Of a DNA stretch of 64,000 nt, positions 39,859-51,655 are shown in pieces (position 1 is the first letter of the stretch; every line of letters begins with the position of its first letter). A model generated the notes under the pieces. The model made no database searches and was not told the origin of the DNA. It was given only the letters and a program-made list of their open reading frames with translations. A program made the position numbers and the translations under genes. Source of the stretch: Antechinus flavipes (taxonomy: Eukaryota). The stretch spans positions 250,170,001-250,234,000 of the forward strand of contig NC_067401.1 of NCBI RefSeq assembly GCF_016432865.1, in the 5' to 3' direction.

Positions 39859-41246
39859 TTTTTTTTAATAGCTTTTTATTTACAAGTTATATGCATGGGC
39901 AGTTTTACAGCATTGACAATTGCCAAGACTTTTGTTCCAATTTTTCCCCTCCTTCTTCCCACCCCCTCCCCTAGATGGCAGGATGACCAATACATGTTAA
40001 ATATATTAAATTATAAATTAAATAAAAAATAAGTATATATGTCCAAACCATTATTTTGCTGTACAAAAAGAATCGGACTCTGAAATATTGTATGATTAGC
40101 CTGTGAAGGAAATAAAAAAAAAATGCAGGCAGGCAAAAATATAGGGATTAGGAATTCAATGTAATGGTTCTTAGTCATCTCCCAGAGTTCTTTCACTGGA
40201 TGTAGCTGGTTCAGTTCATTACTGCTCCATTGGAACTGATTTGGTTCGTCTCATTGCTGAAGATGGTCAGGTTCATCAGAATTGATCATCATATAGTATT
40301 GTTGTTGAAGTATATAATGATCTCCTGGTCCTGCTCATTTTCACTCAGCATCAAGTCATGTAAGTCTCTCCAGGCCTTTCTGAAATCATCCTGTTGGTCA
40401 TTTCTTACCGAACAATAATATTCCATAATATTCATATACCACAATTTATTCAGCCATTCTCCAATTGATGGGCATCCACTCAGTTTCCAATTTCTGGCCA
40501 CTACAAAGAGGGCTGCCACAAACATTCGTGCACATACAGGTCCCTTTCTCTTCTTTAAAATCTCTTTGGGATATAAGCCCAGTAGTAGCAGTGCTGGATC
40601 AAAGAGTATGCACAGTTTGATAACTTTTTGAGCATAGTTCCAAATTGCTCTCCAGAATGGCTGAATGTGTTTACAATTCCACCAACAATGTATCAGTGTC
40701 CCTGTTTTCCCACATCCCCTCCAACATTCTGCATTATCTTTCCCTGTCATTCTAGCCAGTCTAACAGGTATGTAGTGGTATCTCAGGGTTGTCTTAATTT
40801 GCATTTCTCTGATTAATAATGACTTGGAGCATCTTTTCATATGGCTAGAAATAGTTTCTATTTCTTTGTCTTGAGAATTGTCTGTTCGTATCCTTTAACC
40901 ATTTATCAATTGAAGAATGGCTTGATTTCTTATAAATTAGAGTCAATTCTCTATATATTTTGGAAATTAGGTCTTTATCAGATCCTTTGACTATAAAAAT
41001 GTTTTCCCAGTTTATTGCTTCTCTTCTAATCTTGTCTGCATTAGTTTTGTTTGTACAAAAACTTTTCAATTTGATATAATCAAAATTTTCTATTTTGTGA
41101 TCAGTAATGATCTCTAGTTCTTCTTTGGTCATAAATTTCTTCCTCTTCCATAGATCTGAGAGGTAAACTATTTTGTGTTCCTATAATTTATTTATAATCT
41201 CATTCTTTATGCTTAGGTCATGAAACCATTTAGGTCATGAAACCAA
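39859..41246 (-). mobile_element. 5'-truncated L1 (ORF2 C-terminal region, 3' UTR, polyA)
   Basis: Track ORFs 40845-41132 and 40289-40840 are L1 ORF2 (YIKLKSFCT..REMQIKTTLRYHY..CWRGCGKTGTLIHCWWNCK). They are broken by a 1-nt insertion near 40873 and another near 40336. PolyT at 39857-39868; candidate TSD AATCTT at 39853-39858 and 41247-41252. Confidence 0.95.
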
Positions 41247-42371
41247 AATCTTAAGTTTGATTTGTTATGAAAAAGCCAGAGTTATATGAGTTCTTCATTC
41301 TCATTAAAAAAAAAAAAGACTTGTTTTGCAAGAATAATTGCTGCCTAGAGAACCTGTCTTACCAGTTGAAGGCCATTGGGGGAATTTCACAACAGTATTC
41401 ACAGTTATATAGAATTGTTTATATTTTTAAATCTCTTGTCACTAGATGAGCAGTCTATCAGTCTGCATCAGAAGAATTAGCAAACAATTACAGTGAGAAC
41501 TGTAATTGGTCTAATGTGATCAATACCTCAGTCATTGTCCTGTGACAGTGGATTAGTAATAACAGTTGTGTTGTGATACCTCTATCCTTATAGATTCATA
41601 GGATTCAACAACAACAAAAAAAGTTCTCTCTCCTGGTTCTGGCCAATGTTCTGAAAATACCAGAACAGAAGCAGATACCCATAAATCTTCACATTTCTTC
41701 TTAACATCTCATAAGTAATGCAAATAGGGAAGAGGTGGGATGAACCAATAAGCAGATCTCTAGATGTGTCCTAAATTTGGTCAATGCCTGGTACAAGCCT
41801 CATGAAAACAGGATAAGATATCTCATTGTTAAAAGATATCTGGGTGCTTTACATACCAAGCTTCCTGGCACCTGTTAGGGGATTTATCATCTACTTAGGT
41901 TTGATTGTGAAGGAGAAAGAAAAGCTGGTAACATAAAGAAACATGGCCTAGTAATAAAAATATAAACTTTCTGCAAGATATGTTATATTCATTGAATTCC
42001 ATCTTATCTTTAAATACTGTTGCTGTTCGGCCTCTCAGCATGGCTATAATTATGTCAAAATCTAATCTGCCAATTGTTTAGCTACCCTTGCAACTAATAC
42101 TCATTATGTTTTTAAATAATTGAATAGAAAATTTTTCCTGAAAAACAATGCAGAAGTGTGCTTTCTTGCTTTTGTACATAATCTTCATCATGAAAAACAG
42201 CTCGTCTTTCTCAGATTGTATTGTATCTTCTCACTATTACAGATGGCTATAAAAGTCTTAACATTTAGAAATGGAAAATATCATAGAGATCATTTAATTC
42301 ATATAGATGATATATGAATATATGACATACACACACACATTATATATATAGTGTCTAAATTTTTGTTTAAG

Positions 42372-42670
42372 TCTAGATCTCACTATCTTGCCCATGATAC
42401 AAGTACATTGATTACTCACTGGCCTGATTCTATTATAATCCACATGGGAACTCTGACCTGCTCCAGGTCTGACCTTGACAAGTTTGCCTCTTCTTGGGCC
42501 ATCTAAACCCTCTCCATTCTTACAATCTCCTTCCCTCCTCTACTTCTCCCAGATTTATGTTAATGTCAGATTTATTATTGATTATCAGATCAGCATATAT
42601 CACAATAGATCAAAACTCAAGATCAAGAGTTCCAAGCTACCTTCCTGGTAGCTTAGATAAGGGTTACCTA
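42372..42670 (-). pseudogene. Degenerate 7SL RNA-derived retrocopy
   Basis: agatctcactatcttgccc..tcactggcctgattc..atgggaactctgacctgctccaggtctgacc aligns with 7SL-rc GGGTCTCGCTATGTTGCCC..TCACAGGCGCGATCC..ACGGGAGTTTTGACCTGCTCCGTTTCCGACC. Confidence 0.72.
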
Positions 42671-42689
42671 GCATTATTTAGTATTTTTT

Positions 42690-43450
42690 TAAATCTCATT
42701 ACTTGATCCTAACTTTCTTGCTGAATCCTGGAATCGATGATTTCTGTAGTTTGAGTTCTGCAGTTTTCTACTTTTCAGAGATTGAATTTCTTGTATTAGA
42801 GTTACTACTTTTTCTTCCAAGCTACTTATTCTCCAATTCTTTCTGTAAAAGTTTTTGTTTTATTAATTTATTTTTATTTCATTTCTGTTAGGTATTCATA
42901 TAGTTCTTATAGAAAAGACTTTTTTCTTTTGGTATTTGTCATGGAGTTTGATTTACAGTATTGTCTTTATTTATTTATTTATTTTTTATTGATTGGTCTA
43001 TTCTTTGATTTCAACTCTCCTATTTTTAGTTTTTGAATTGAGTCTTTGTGCCAGAGCCAGGTTCTTTCTGAGATGCACTTTTGGTTCTTGCTTAAGCCTC
43101 CACTTCTAAGATCTCTGAAATTCCAAGAGTTAGATCACCGTGCTAGCTTCTTAAGACAGGAAGTTAGGACACTTAGAGCTCTTGGGTCTGGAATAACCTG
43201 GTCTTTTCCCTTTGGCATTGTAATCATTATTTTCAGCTACTGTTATCTGAGGCTTGTGAGATCCCCACCTTGGGATTTTCTTAGAGGAGATCTATGCTAT
43301 TGATTCTCCTATCATAGAACTTAGTAAACTATCCAAGACCTATCTCTGAACAGTTGCTTTGCTTTCAGGGGATTGAGGGCAAGTAGGGAGTCAGTTATCC
43401 ATGTGCTTTTTTCTGAGATTTTTGGTACAATTGATTAGAAGATGTCAATG
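42690..43450 (-). mobile_element. Probable old L1 5'/ORF1 fragment
   Basis: T-rich reverse-strand texture similar to the 35200-35750 L1 segment (gagttctgcagttttc, ttttccaagctacttattctcc). Boundaries are uncertain. Confidence 0.4.
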
Positions 43451-43891
43451 TAGTTTCTCAATGAATTTCTTAATCCTAATTTTTTTCTGTTGGGAACTTT
43501 AGATTTTGCAGAAGTTGGCACTCTCTATCAAGTAGCAAATTGACCCCCTATTTTGATTTTAGTTTTTGTTCTTTACCAAAAGATGAGTCACTCTTTCCAT
43601 TTACAGAATCACAGAATTTTAGAGTTGGAATGGACTTCTGTGGCCATCTCTTTGAATCCGTACAAGAAGAAATCCTAGCTTTAAGATACTTAAGAAATGA
43701 CCTAATAAAGGGAAACCTCTAGTCACTCCATCATCAAGCATTTATTAAGTGCTTACTGTGTGCCAGACATTGTGCTGTGTGTGTGTGTATGTAGAGCCAT
43801 TGATCTAGAAACCTGCCAACAAAGCACTTTGAAAATTGTATAGTTTTCCAGAAATATAACTTTTTTTTAATAATCAGATATTTTTTCTATT

Positions 43892-44049
43892 TTTTTTTGT
43901 TTTTGTTTTTATGGTAGAGGCATTTAGGGTGAAGTGACTTGTCTAGGGTCACACAACTAGGAAGTGTTTAGTGTCTGAGACCTCTTTTGAACACAGGTCA
44001 TCCTGACTTTAGGGCTGGTGCTCTCTCCACTGCGCCACCTAGCTACCTC
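43892..44049 (-). mobile_element. WSINE1-like SINE with 12-bp TSD
   Basis: Reverse-strand homolog of 39687-39835 (gacttgtctagggtcacacaactaggaagt..ctgactttagggctggtgctctctccactgcgccacctagctacctc). TSD ATTTTTTCTATT at 43880-43891 and 44050-44061. Confidence 0.9.
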
Positions 44050-45716
44050 ATTTTTTCTATTGAAAGATCAATACATTTGAAGTCAGTGGACTGGGTTCAA
44101 ATCTTCATTCTACTACAAACTGTGTTTTATCTTGAACAGATTGCTTAATCTCTCTTAGCCACAGTTTTATCATCTGTGAAATAATTTTATCAATCTGTGA
44201 AATATTGGATTTCCTTACTTCTCAAGTTCCTTCCAGCTCTAAATCTATGATATGATAGATAAATCAGTATAGTCTCAAGTGAATTTCAGCACAACAGTAT
44301 ACTGAGGCAGGTTCTTTGCAGGAACATGTCAGTTTGCTCACTGAAAATGCTTAATATTGATCTGCTTCCTTATCTTCTCTTTACTTAAGAGGGAGAATTC
44401 TTTTTGTACAAATTTATATTTTCCTATCAAAACTACTAATAAAGACTGAAGGTTGGAATGGTTTAGTATTTTTCTAATAGCTCAATACTTGTTTTGAAAT
44501 TCAGTTACTTTGCTTCTAAGAAGTACTTTACCCATAGGAAAAACATGCCAATATGAGAAAAGACTTCTGTAATCTCACCCAAAATAGCATTTTGATATTC
44601 TATCAAGTGTATTTTTCTAGTAGTAGACTAGTTTGCCTTAGCCCAGGAGGAATACTGAGTATTGTAGATGAATACATACCATTTGTGTATTGTTGCTAAT
44701 GACTAAAACAGGTGTTTTTTTCTTCATGAGGAAGGTAATACAACTATATACCATGAGAAGAAAGGAAAGGTAAAAAACTACTGCTGAAAGTAACTGGGAA
44801 GTTGATATAGTCATTAAGTCAGAGAGTATAGTAGCACAATATAAGATTACTAGAAAAGAAAAGATATTTGATTACTAGACAAGAAAGGATTGCAAGAAAC
44901 CACATAAATACATGCCCAATTGTAAGATCATACTTGATTTAGAAATATTTTCTATTCCAGAATCTCTCTCTCTCTTTTTCTTAACTTTTCAAAACTTTTC
45001 AAAACTAAGTAAAGATTAGCTCACTTTGAATTTTGAAATTTAAAATTAATAATTTTCATGTTTTTATAGCTTTTAAATTTTATCAATGTGTATATTATTA
45101 TTTTCCCTCTAATGCAAGCAGTTACATGACCTGTTAATGAAATTTATATTGACATCTCTGACAGTAATAAGTTTTTCTAAGAATTCTGAGACTTAATGTT
45201 CATAAATTGCTAGATTATAAATTTAATTTCAGTCAATTTTACAAATGTTTATTAAGTACCTACTAGGATATAAATTTTAACAATTTCCAGAAAGATACTT
45301 AAAAATCTAAGCAGAATTTTAAAAAAATTCCCTAATGTCTATCCTAAACATTTTAAGTGTTTTATTTGGAGAGTAGCTACAAGTATAGAGTTCTTCTTTA
45401 TATTTATACCACAAATACAGTTTTTTTGGTTCTTTTTTTTAGCTTCAAGAAACAAAACACCAAAATGTATCTGCTAATAATCTATATTGTTAGTTTTAGA
45501 ATAGTAATACAAACTTCATTTAAAATAAATTATCAGTTTGCCAAATTAGTATTTCACCTCTGTAACTCTTTAGATCCACTTTCATAATGAGTGAGATTTA
45601 CTTTAGGAACTAATAAGGGCCAAAAATAATTATCTCAATTTTCAGATACCTGATTACATAGTTTTATTCTGTTATTTAAATTTCTCAGAATACATACAAA
45701 TAGTAAGGTAATATTA

Positions 45717-46251
45717 TGATGCCAGAGAAACTGAGGCAAGACAGAGATTGGTTTTTAATCTTTTTAATATGGAGAGTTTTAGGCTAGCTGACTGAATGGA
45801 AAATCATTCAGCCCTGAAGAACTGAGGAAAGGAACTTTTATAGCTAACTAGGGTTTGTTTGCAAACAGGGCACATAACCTGAGTATACAATTTTATAGGG
45901 GAAACAAAGGCAGATAAAGGGGTAGAGGACACTGGGTGGGTGTACAAGCCATAATTCCAGGAAAGCATCATAAATTAATCCTGACAGGATAAGGGTCAAT
46001 ATAAAGAAGGTTGAGGATAGGAGACAGAGTGAAGAGGCAATATTCAAAAGTAGGGGAAATTATCCCAGCAAGGACTGAGATAAGGTATCTGGAGTTTTTA
46101 TGATACAATAGTATGTAAAGTGGTCAGAGCTTCAAGGTTTTTCCTGACTCAATTCTCAGAGTCCTATAAGCAAGGGAGAAGGGGAGAGGGGGCAGCTATA
46201 ATTATTTTATTGAGGGCATAGCAATAGGGCATGACAATTCAAGGCATAACA
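45717..46251 (-). mobile_element. Probable solo LTR (about 535 bp) of a third family
   Basis: Purine- and GC-richer island bounded by TGATGCC... and ...GGCATAACA, which are TG/CA ends with partial inverted identity. The TSD is degraded (atatta vs atatat). Confidence 0.6.
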
Positions 46252-46389
46252 ATATATTTCAATACTTTAAAAAACCGTCTATTTTAAAAATATGTAGTTT
46301 TACCAAATAATGTGTAAAATAAGTATGTTATAGATAAGTAAATATAGCATGTACACAAAACATATAAAATACATGAAAGGAACCAATAG

Positions 46390-46800
46390 TTGGAGGAATC
46401 TGGAGAAGCTTCTTAAAGAAAGTAACATTTGAGCTAAGTCTTAAAAGGAAGTAGAGATTCTAGCATGCATAAGCAAGAAGTAAGAAAATTCCTGGCATGG
46501 TTAACAGTATCAAGGATATGGGAGATAGATGAAATGCCAGTTAATGTGGGTAGATTATACAATATGTGAGAATGAGTAATGTGTAATCTCCTTAGAAATG
46601 TATGTTAGTAGTAGCTTCTAAAGGAATTTAATGAGAAGAATTTGTCTTCTATGCTGAAACTTCTTTAGCCAGTGAAATGACAAGGTTAGATCTGTGTTTT
46701 AGGGATATTAGTTTAGTATCTATGTAGAAGCTCAATTAGAGCATAGAGAGGCTAGATACAGGTAGAAAAATTAGGAACTTTTAATAAAGGAGTTAATAAT
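46390..46800 (-). mobile_element. Ancient L2 fragment
   Basis: gaagcttcttaaagaaagtaacatttgagctaagtcttaaaagg..gatctgtgttttagggatattagtttag is typical of the L2 reverse strand. Confidence 0.6.
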
Positions 46801-46829
46801 GACCACTGAGGGAGGTTATAGTATGAGTA

Positions 46830-47070
46830 GGACAGCTAGGTGGCATAATGGATAGAGTTCTGGGCTTTGAGTCAGGAAGAATTACCTCCCTAAATTCAAA
46901 TCTGGTCCTAGACACTTACTAGCTGTGTGACCATAGGCAAGAACTGTTTCCCTCAGTTTCCTCATCTATAAAACAAATTGGAGAAGGAAATGGCAAATCA
47001 CCTTAATATCTTTGCCAAGAAAACCCCAAGTGGAGTCATAAAGAGTCAAACATAAGTGAAGTGGCTGAAC
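46830..47070 (+). mobile_element. Marsupial CORE-SINE (Mar1-like)
   Basis: ggacagctaggtggcataatggatagag..ttcaaatctggtcctagacacttactagctgtgtgacc..ggagaaggaaatggcaaatcac..ctttgccaagaaaacccc. Confidence 0.85.
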
Positions 47071-47125
47071 ACAGTGGTAAGAGTAGAAAAAAGGGAATTT
47101 GTGCTAAAGAGCAGAAAATTCTTCC

Positions 47126-47128
<3 letters not shown>

Positions 47129-47178
<50 letters not shown>
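47129..47178. repeat. (CA)n microsatellite
   Basis: About 25 perfect units. Confidence 0.95.
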
Positions 47179-47183
<5 letters not shown>

Positions 47184-47654
47184 ACATTTTTACTCATTAG
47201 AAATAATTTGATATCTCAGAAACATACATTAATGTTTAAAAGTTTTCAAACATATAAAACAATAAAATGTTATACATCATTGTTAACAACATTTTTTTAT
47301 GGTACAGTGTTCTGAAAGAATAAATGTGCTTACATGTCTATCATATTTCAAAGTATAGGTAATCCTAAATTGCATATTATTTAACATAGTAAGCTATAAT
47401 GACCTAATTAATCAATATCTAGAAGAAATATTCTGAATCTATATAATAATTCCATTATACTCTTCGTATATTTGTCAGGGTATCAGATGCTTTGGTTATT
47501 GATAACCCCAATTATATAAATGAAAATTTAAGTTTCAGCCCCCAAACTACAGCCAAAGGGCAGAAGAACTCCCAACTTGATTTGTCTTCTCATTACCCTA
47601 TTAACAATAATCTAGTCAATTAACCAGCAAGTATTTGTTAGATACTTGCTATGT

Positions 47655-47870
47655 ACTGGAGACAACTGGGTGACTCAATGCATCAAACACTGAACCTGAG
47701 TTCAAATTTGACCTCAGACTTTAATTATATGACTCTGGGCAAGTCCCTTAACCTCTGTTTACTGTATCCAGGAAGAAGGAAATGGCAAATCATTTCAATA
47801 TCTTTGCCAAGAAAATCTCACAAACAACATTAGAATGCTATGGTCCACAGTGTCACAAATAACTGGACAC
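47655..47870 (+). mobile_element. Marsupial CORE-SINE (Mar1-like)
   Basis: cctgagttcaaatttgacctcagac..tgactctgggcaagtccc..gaaggaaatggcaaatcatttcaatatctttgccaagaaa. Confidence 0.75.
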
Positions 47871-47974
47871 TAGGGAAAAAGACACTGCCCTCTAGGAGCT
47901 TATCTTCTATTGGGAGATACAATAAATAAGACTATGCAAAATAAATACAAGGTAATTTTGTAGGGAGTAACTGT

Positions 47975-48200
47975 GGCAAAGTGAAGAGCATTGTGGGACT
48001 TGAGACAGGAAGACTTATCTCTGTGAATTCAAATCTGGCCTCAGACACTTATGAGCTGTATGACCCTGGGCAAGTCACAACCTTATTTGCCTCAGTTTTC
48101 TCAACTGTAAAATGACCTAGAGAAGGAAATGACAAGCCTTATTATCTCTGCCAAGAAAACCCCAAATGGGATCACAAAAATTCAGACATAGGTGAACAAC
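47975..48200 (+). mobile_element. Marsupial CORE-SINE (Mar1-like)
   Basis: ttcaaatctggcctcagacactt..tgaccctgggcaagtcac..gcctcagttttctcaactgtaaaatg..gccaagaaaaccccaaatgggatcac. Confidence 0.8.
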
Positions 48201-51200
48201 ATTTCATTTTCTTGTCCCTTATATGTCAACTTCTATGCCATGTTTGTTTATAAGTTGGTATATATGTTCAGTGTTTAGGAAAGTGTGTTTTTTCTTTCCC
48301 AAAACCATAGGAAAATTATTCCGAGGGAAAGACGTTTTGGCTAGGACCTGTGATTTCATTGGTGTAGAAAATTCAGTTAAGGAAATTCTGTCTACCAGAG
48401 CAGACAGTTAACTGCTATGCAACTTGTAGTTTTTTAGAGGGTTGCCTGGGGCAGTAAGAGGTTAAGTGATTAGTCTAATGTCACAGAGCCAGGATGTGTC
48501 AGACAATTTGTAGATGCAAATTCTTTCTGATTCAGTGACTAAATACATAGTGTTCATTTTTTTTATTCCTTTATTGCATATTTGGATTGGTCACAATTTC
48601 AAGGTGTAGCTGCTGAGATGAGGAGTTTTAGACATTCATATGTGTATGTATATGTATACTTAATTTCATATATTGAAGGAAATGGAGCTCAGTATTTGAA
48701 ATGCAACAATTAAGAAATTTGACTTTTTAAATCAACTTTATTTTCCCCACACATATCGCTGCCTTTTGTTTTTTGTTTTTAAAGAAACCACAGGATAGGA
48801 AAAAAAAAGAAAAAAGAAAAAAAACAACTTGTGCTTATGCTTCAGTTTGTAAGAGCAATGAAATGTGTGTTTTTTTTTTTTTTTTTCTTAATGCTCCTAA
48901 AGTTTCCCTTGCTCTGTAAAGTCCTACTTTGATTAGTTTTGGCCATAACCTGACCACAAAGAACTTAACTCATATACATTGAAACATCCTCAAAAACTTT
49001 GTGACATATTTGCCATCTTTATATATTTGGAATCAAGTGACCAATTTTAGGCATTTATGCATGTATTTTTAAGATCCAGTGAATTCATTTGGCAAAGATG
49101 CAGCTAACTTTTCATATTAAAAGTGTGTTCTGTTTAACCAGGTTGTGGGAGGTGTTGAAAAAGGAGTATTAGTTTTCAGAGCTGTTGCCGATTTGTAGTG
49201 AGAGTGGTTGCCATAGAGCTCCAACAGCCTCTTATGGGAATGCAATCATGACCTAAAAATCTGAAATTCTGACCAATCTAGGAAAAAAAAAAACACAATA
49301 CTTATAGTGGTCATTTTAGTAATCAAAAAGAAATTAGTATAATTTTGTGTCATTTTCTCCTGTAAGTGTACCTAAAAAATAACAAACTTACTTTTAGCAT
49401 GTACTTTTTTACTATCAGTTGCAATGTTTAAAAGTGTTGATAATTCATAAATAGAATATAGGGTATCTCACATTAATGTTCTCTATGTAGTTCTTTTTAT
49501 TTTTTTAAATTCAGGATAATTGTGCCTTTTTATGTTAGCAGAAAATCTTAAAAATAAAATCATTGAAGTTGATGGTAGAACATGCTAATCAGATTTTCAG
49601 CGTGTAGGCTTTTGTGAAGAGGAAACTCATTTCATTTGAAATCTTTTCAGGCTGCATGAGTAATAATACATGATTTAATTTCCCTATGTCTCCATCAAAA
49701 GAATAGTATTCTAAGATCAGTCCTTGTGAGTCTGAAATTGCTCTGGGTTCTGCCTGATGTGTGAACACTATATTTACAGGTCCAGAACCACACATTTGCT
49801 CTGCAGCTGTGCTTAATGGTTATCAGTTTGGCACACCACATGATTACTTTGGAGTATGAATGGAGACTTCCGAGCCCTTTGGCAGCTCCAAAGAAACTGA
49901 AGTACCAATTGCTGAAGTTGATCATATGAATTTAATTATGCTGGTTACATAATTAGCATTTGAGGAAATCTGAGAAAAATCCTTTGGGGGACAATGATTT
50001 TGTATTTCAAAATGCAAATGTTCTCATTCGAAGGGCTGGAAAGTAAAAATGATGGAACTTTAAGACATTGTAGCCTCAAGTATGTAAAATCTATTTCCAA
50101 CAACTTTTAGAACTAAATATTCATAACAGTATGCCTGAGTTGCATGACCCAAACTACTGGGACTTGTCTGCCTAAGTGTGCATATACGGGCACATCTGCA
50201 TACACTTAGGTTCAGATGGTGGCACTTAAATCTGTATAATCAGCTTTACACCTATAATGACAGCCTAGAGCTATTTAACACCTAAATGCCAGTTTGAAAA
50301 TGAACAAGAATTGTGCTAATGATCACCAAATGGATCCTGTGACTGCATATTGAGATGATTAGATGCCTATAGTATATGCCTAACCTTTGGGAAATTCTAC
50401 CATTGTAAGTATAGTTCGGGTTTTGAAAAGAAATCGAGATTACAATCTTGTTTTAATTTCCTGCCATTTAAACTGCATTGAAGTATTTGATTTTACAAAT
50501 TTAAATTTTTTATCTTCAGTTTTCTTGTACTTTATTGTGGTTCTATGAAGCAAATTAACTACAAAGAGACTTCAATGAAGATATTGAATATAAGAAGGGA
50601 AGAAAATACATTTCACAAAACTTAGTAATGCCAGCAAATTGTTTTTAAGAAATTTGGGTTCTAGTTAACATTAACTTGATGGTCTTTTTGTAATCTTGGG
50701 CAAGTCATTTCATAGCCTCCATGTATAAAACTCAGAAGATGCATCCAGTAATCTCCAAGGTTCCTTCCTGCTTTAAAGTTTTATGATTCTATATACACAG
50801 TCTGAGTGATGGATATAAAATAACTCAAGACCTATGTTTGTTTTTGATTATAATATTTATTTTGATCTATCAAATTTATCATAATCCAGTTTCATATACC
50901 TAAAAATTTATCTGAATTCCAGTTTTGAAATAAATGAGAAATTGATTTTCTTTTACACAGTATTTGTTATTTCATTAGAATGTGAGCTCTTTGCCATCAG
51001 AGACTGTTTATTTTTGTCTTTGTATACCTTGAGGTATGTACATACATACTCTTAATAACAGTGCTTTAATATGTATCTTTTGAATTAGAGTTAAATGAAG
51101 TATTCAACATAAGATATTCCTAAAAATTCAAGTGTGTTTTATAGTATAGCATTACCCCAAACCTTACCATATGAGTTTCCATAAAAAAATTATCAGTTTA

Positions 51201-51501
51201 AACGTTTAAATCACCAAGAAAAATTGTCTAGCAAAGACTAAATAATCAATTTATTTTTTCTGTATTTGGTAGACAGGATTCTTTTTTGTATATTGTATAG
51301 ATTGGACTACATGGACACTCTTAACTCTCTCTTTTTTGTTGTTTCTTTCATTTCATTGTTATTAGTAAAAAAAAAATACATTTACTTGAAATGTGATTTC
51401 ATAATGAACATGATAATGATAAGAATAGTTAAAGGTAAATTTTATAAGCCTGATATGTAAGGAGATTTTGTGAATGTGTAATACACAGAATTTGCTTGTG
51501 C

Positions 51502-51655
51502 NNNNNNNNNNNNNNNNNNNNNNNNNNNNNNNNNNNNNNNNNNNNNNNNNNNNNNNNNNNNNNNNNNNNNNNNNNNNNNNNNNNNNNNNNNNNNNNNNNN
51601 NNNNNNNNNNNNNNNNNNNNNNNNNNNNNNNNNNNNNNNNNNNNNNNNNNNNNNN
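51502..51655. other. Assembly gap (N run)
   Basis: 154 N. Confidence 0.99.

Noticed and set aside
40289-41132. 183-aa and 95-aa ORFs as a possible host gene or active L1
   Set aside because: They are fragments of a 5'-truncated, frameshifted L1 ORF2 lacking the EN and RT domains.
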